The notes under the pieces were generated by a model. It had not been told where the DNA came from. It ran no database searches and was given only the letters and a program-made list of their open reading frames with translations. This document shows, piece by piece, positions 31,214-32,000 of a DNA stretch of 32,000 bases (its first letter is position 1; each line of letters begins with the position of its first letter). Position numbers and translations under genes: made by a program. Origin of the DNA: Candidatus Calditenuaceae archaeon (lineage in GTDB: Archaea; Thermoproteota; Nitrososphaeria_A; Caldarchaeales; Calditenuaceae); the NCBI GenBank assembly GCA_025058225.1, contig JANXEE010000009.1:19518-51517 (forward strand). The letters are read 5' to 3'.

Positions 31214-32000
31214 TCATACGGGGAAAAGGGGACACTTCTCTATAGTTCCCAACCTCTCCGCATAACTCCTCAGCAGGCGGTCTAGGGCCCTCCAGATCTC
31301 GGTCCTGAGCTCGCGCAGTTCAACGACCGCATCCACCGCTCCGAGGCGCAGCAGCTTCTCCCCGCCCGCGAATTGGTGCCTCATCTCCTCAGCGAACGTC
31401 CTCAGGAGTTCTTCTCTCTTCTCGGGAAGGACAGCATCCAGCTCTCTCCTCCTTACGAGTTCCACAGCGAGCCTCGGCTCCTGGACCATCACCTCGCTCT
31501 CGGGCAACGCGATGACGTGATTTGCGCCAAGTCCTTTGCTGCACATTGAGACGAAGCCCCCTGCGTAGGCCCTCCTGAGTATAACGGTCACCTTCGGGAC
31601 CTCAGAAGTCGCGTAGCTGTAGAGCAGCTTCGCGCCGTGCCTCGGGAGGTTACCGTGCTCTTGGTCCGGTCCGGGCTCGAAGCCAACCGTGTCCACGAAG
31701 GTGACCACCGGGAGGTTGTTCTTATCACAGACCGAGACGAACCTCGCCATCTTCAGGGCCGCTCCGACGTCGATAGCGCCCATCTTCACAGAGGGCTGGT
31801 TCGCGACCACGCCCACCGGCCTGCCTTCGACCCTCGCGAGCCCCACGACCGCGCTCTCGCTGTAACCATCGCCGAACTCCAGGAAGCTGCCCCCGTCCAC
31901 GACCGACCTGATCACGGCCCTGACGTCGTACCCCGCGTCGGAGTCCGGCAGACAGCCAGGAGCCTCTACCTCCGCGCCCCCCGCCTCGTTGACTGGCGGC
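31214..32000 (-). CDS. acyl-CoA carboxylase carboxyltransferase (beta) subunit / methylmalonyl-CoA decarboxylase alpha family; N-terminus beyond window
   Basis: GRPVGVVANQP...GAIDV..ALKMARFV..CDKNNLPVVTFVDTVGFEPG..QEHG...HGAKLLYSYA...PKVTVILRRAYAGG is the C-terminal carboxyltransferase domain. The frame stays open upstream of the track start (31915) to base 32000 (...YDVRAVIRSVVDGGSF). Confidence 0.85.
   Translation of the reverse strand, partial: PPVNEAGGAEVEAPGCLPDSDAGYDVRAVIRSVVDGGSFLEFGDGYSESAVVGLARVEGRPVGVVANQPSVKMGAIDVGAALKMARFVSVCDKNNLPVVTFVDTVGFEPGPDQEHGNLPRHGAKLLYSYATSEVPKVTVILRRAYAGGFVSMCSKGLGANHVIALPESEVMVQEPRLAVELVRRRELDAVLPEKREELLRTFAEEMRHQFAGGEKLLRLGAVDAVVELRELRTEIWRALDRLLRSYAERLGTIEKCPLFPV

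Noticed and set aside
1-32000. A search for CRISPR arrays, transposases, integrases, toxin-antitoxin pairs or recognisable defence genes.
   Set aside because: No regularly spaced direct repeats and no ORF with integrase, transposase, nuclease-helicase or Cas-like motifs were seen. The only repeats are the short promoter-region repeats reported above and the paralogous gene families.

Overview
Archaeal chromosome segment. The evidence is A/T-rich TATA/BRE-like boxes 20-35 nt upstream of start codons, an Rpo3(RpoD)-L18e-L13 cluster, a protoglobin, and AGG/AGA/ATA-rich codon usage. A thermophilic Thermoproteota-like host is my inference only. All family calls come from reading the translated ORFs and recognising motifs; no searches were run. 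The window splits into two parts. (1) About 1.4-16.7 kb is a visibly lower-GC accessory island that looks like an aromatic or heteroaromatic carboxylate uptake and catabolism module. It holds a benzoate-CoA-ligase-like AMP ligase, a lone xanthine-oxidase-family molybdopterin large subunit, a benzoylformate-decarboxylase-like TPP enzyme and three paralogous amidohydrolase_2 (ACMSD/LigW/LigI/LigJ-type) enzymes. It also holds a NitT/TauT-type ABC importer with three paralogous Tat-signal binding proteins and two permeases but no ATPase gene. The island is flanked on the left by a beta-propeller gene and on the right by a decayed gene remnant. (2) About 16.8-32 kb is GC-richer and mostly housekeeping. 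It holds an SDR epimerase interrupted by an in-frame TAG, a YkoEDC-like ECF transporter and a sugar-phosphate nucleotidyltransferase. The rpoD-L18e-L13 cluster follows, with a wHTH ORF where S9 is expected. Then come a class V aminotransferase with a ParB/Srx-fold (possibly SerK-like) gene, an orphan sufB, a CoxD/CoxE-like MoxR-VWA pair, a small RHH-like ORF, a protoglobin, hisG and a partial acyl-CoA carboxyltransferase. No rRNA, tRNA, CRISPR array, integrase or transposase was recognised. The most interesting candidates are the modular 3x binding-protein / 3x amidohydrolase_2 island with its missing partner subunits, the MoxR-VWA / RHH / protoglobin neighbourhood, and the amber-interrupted epimerase.
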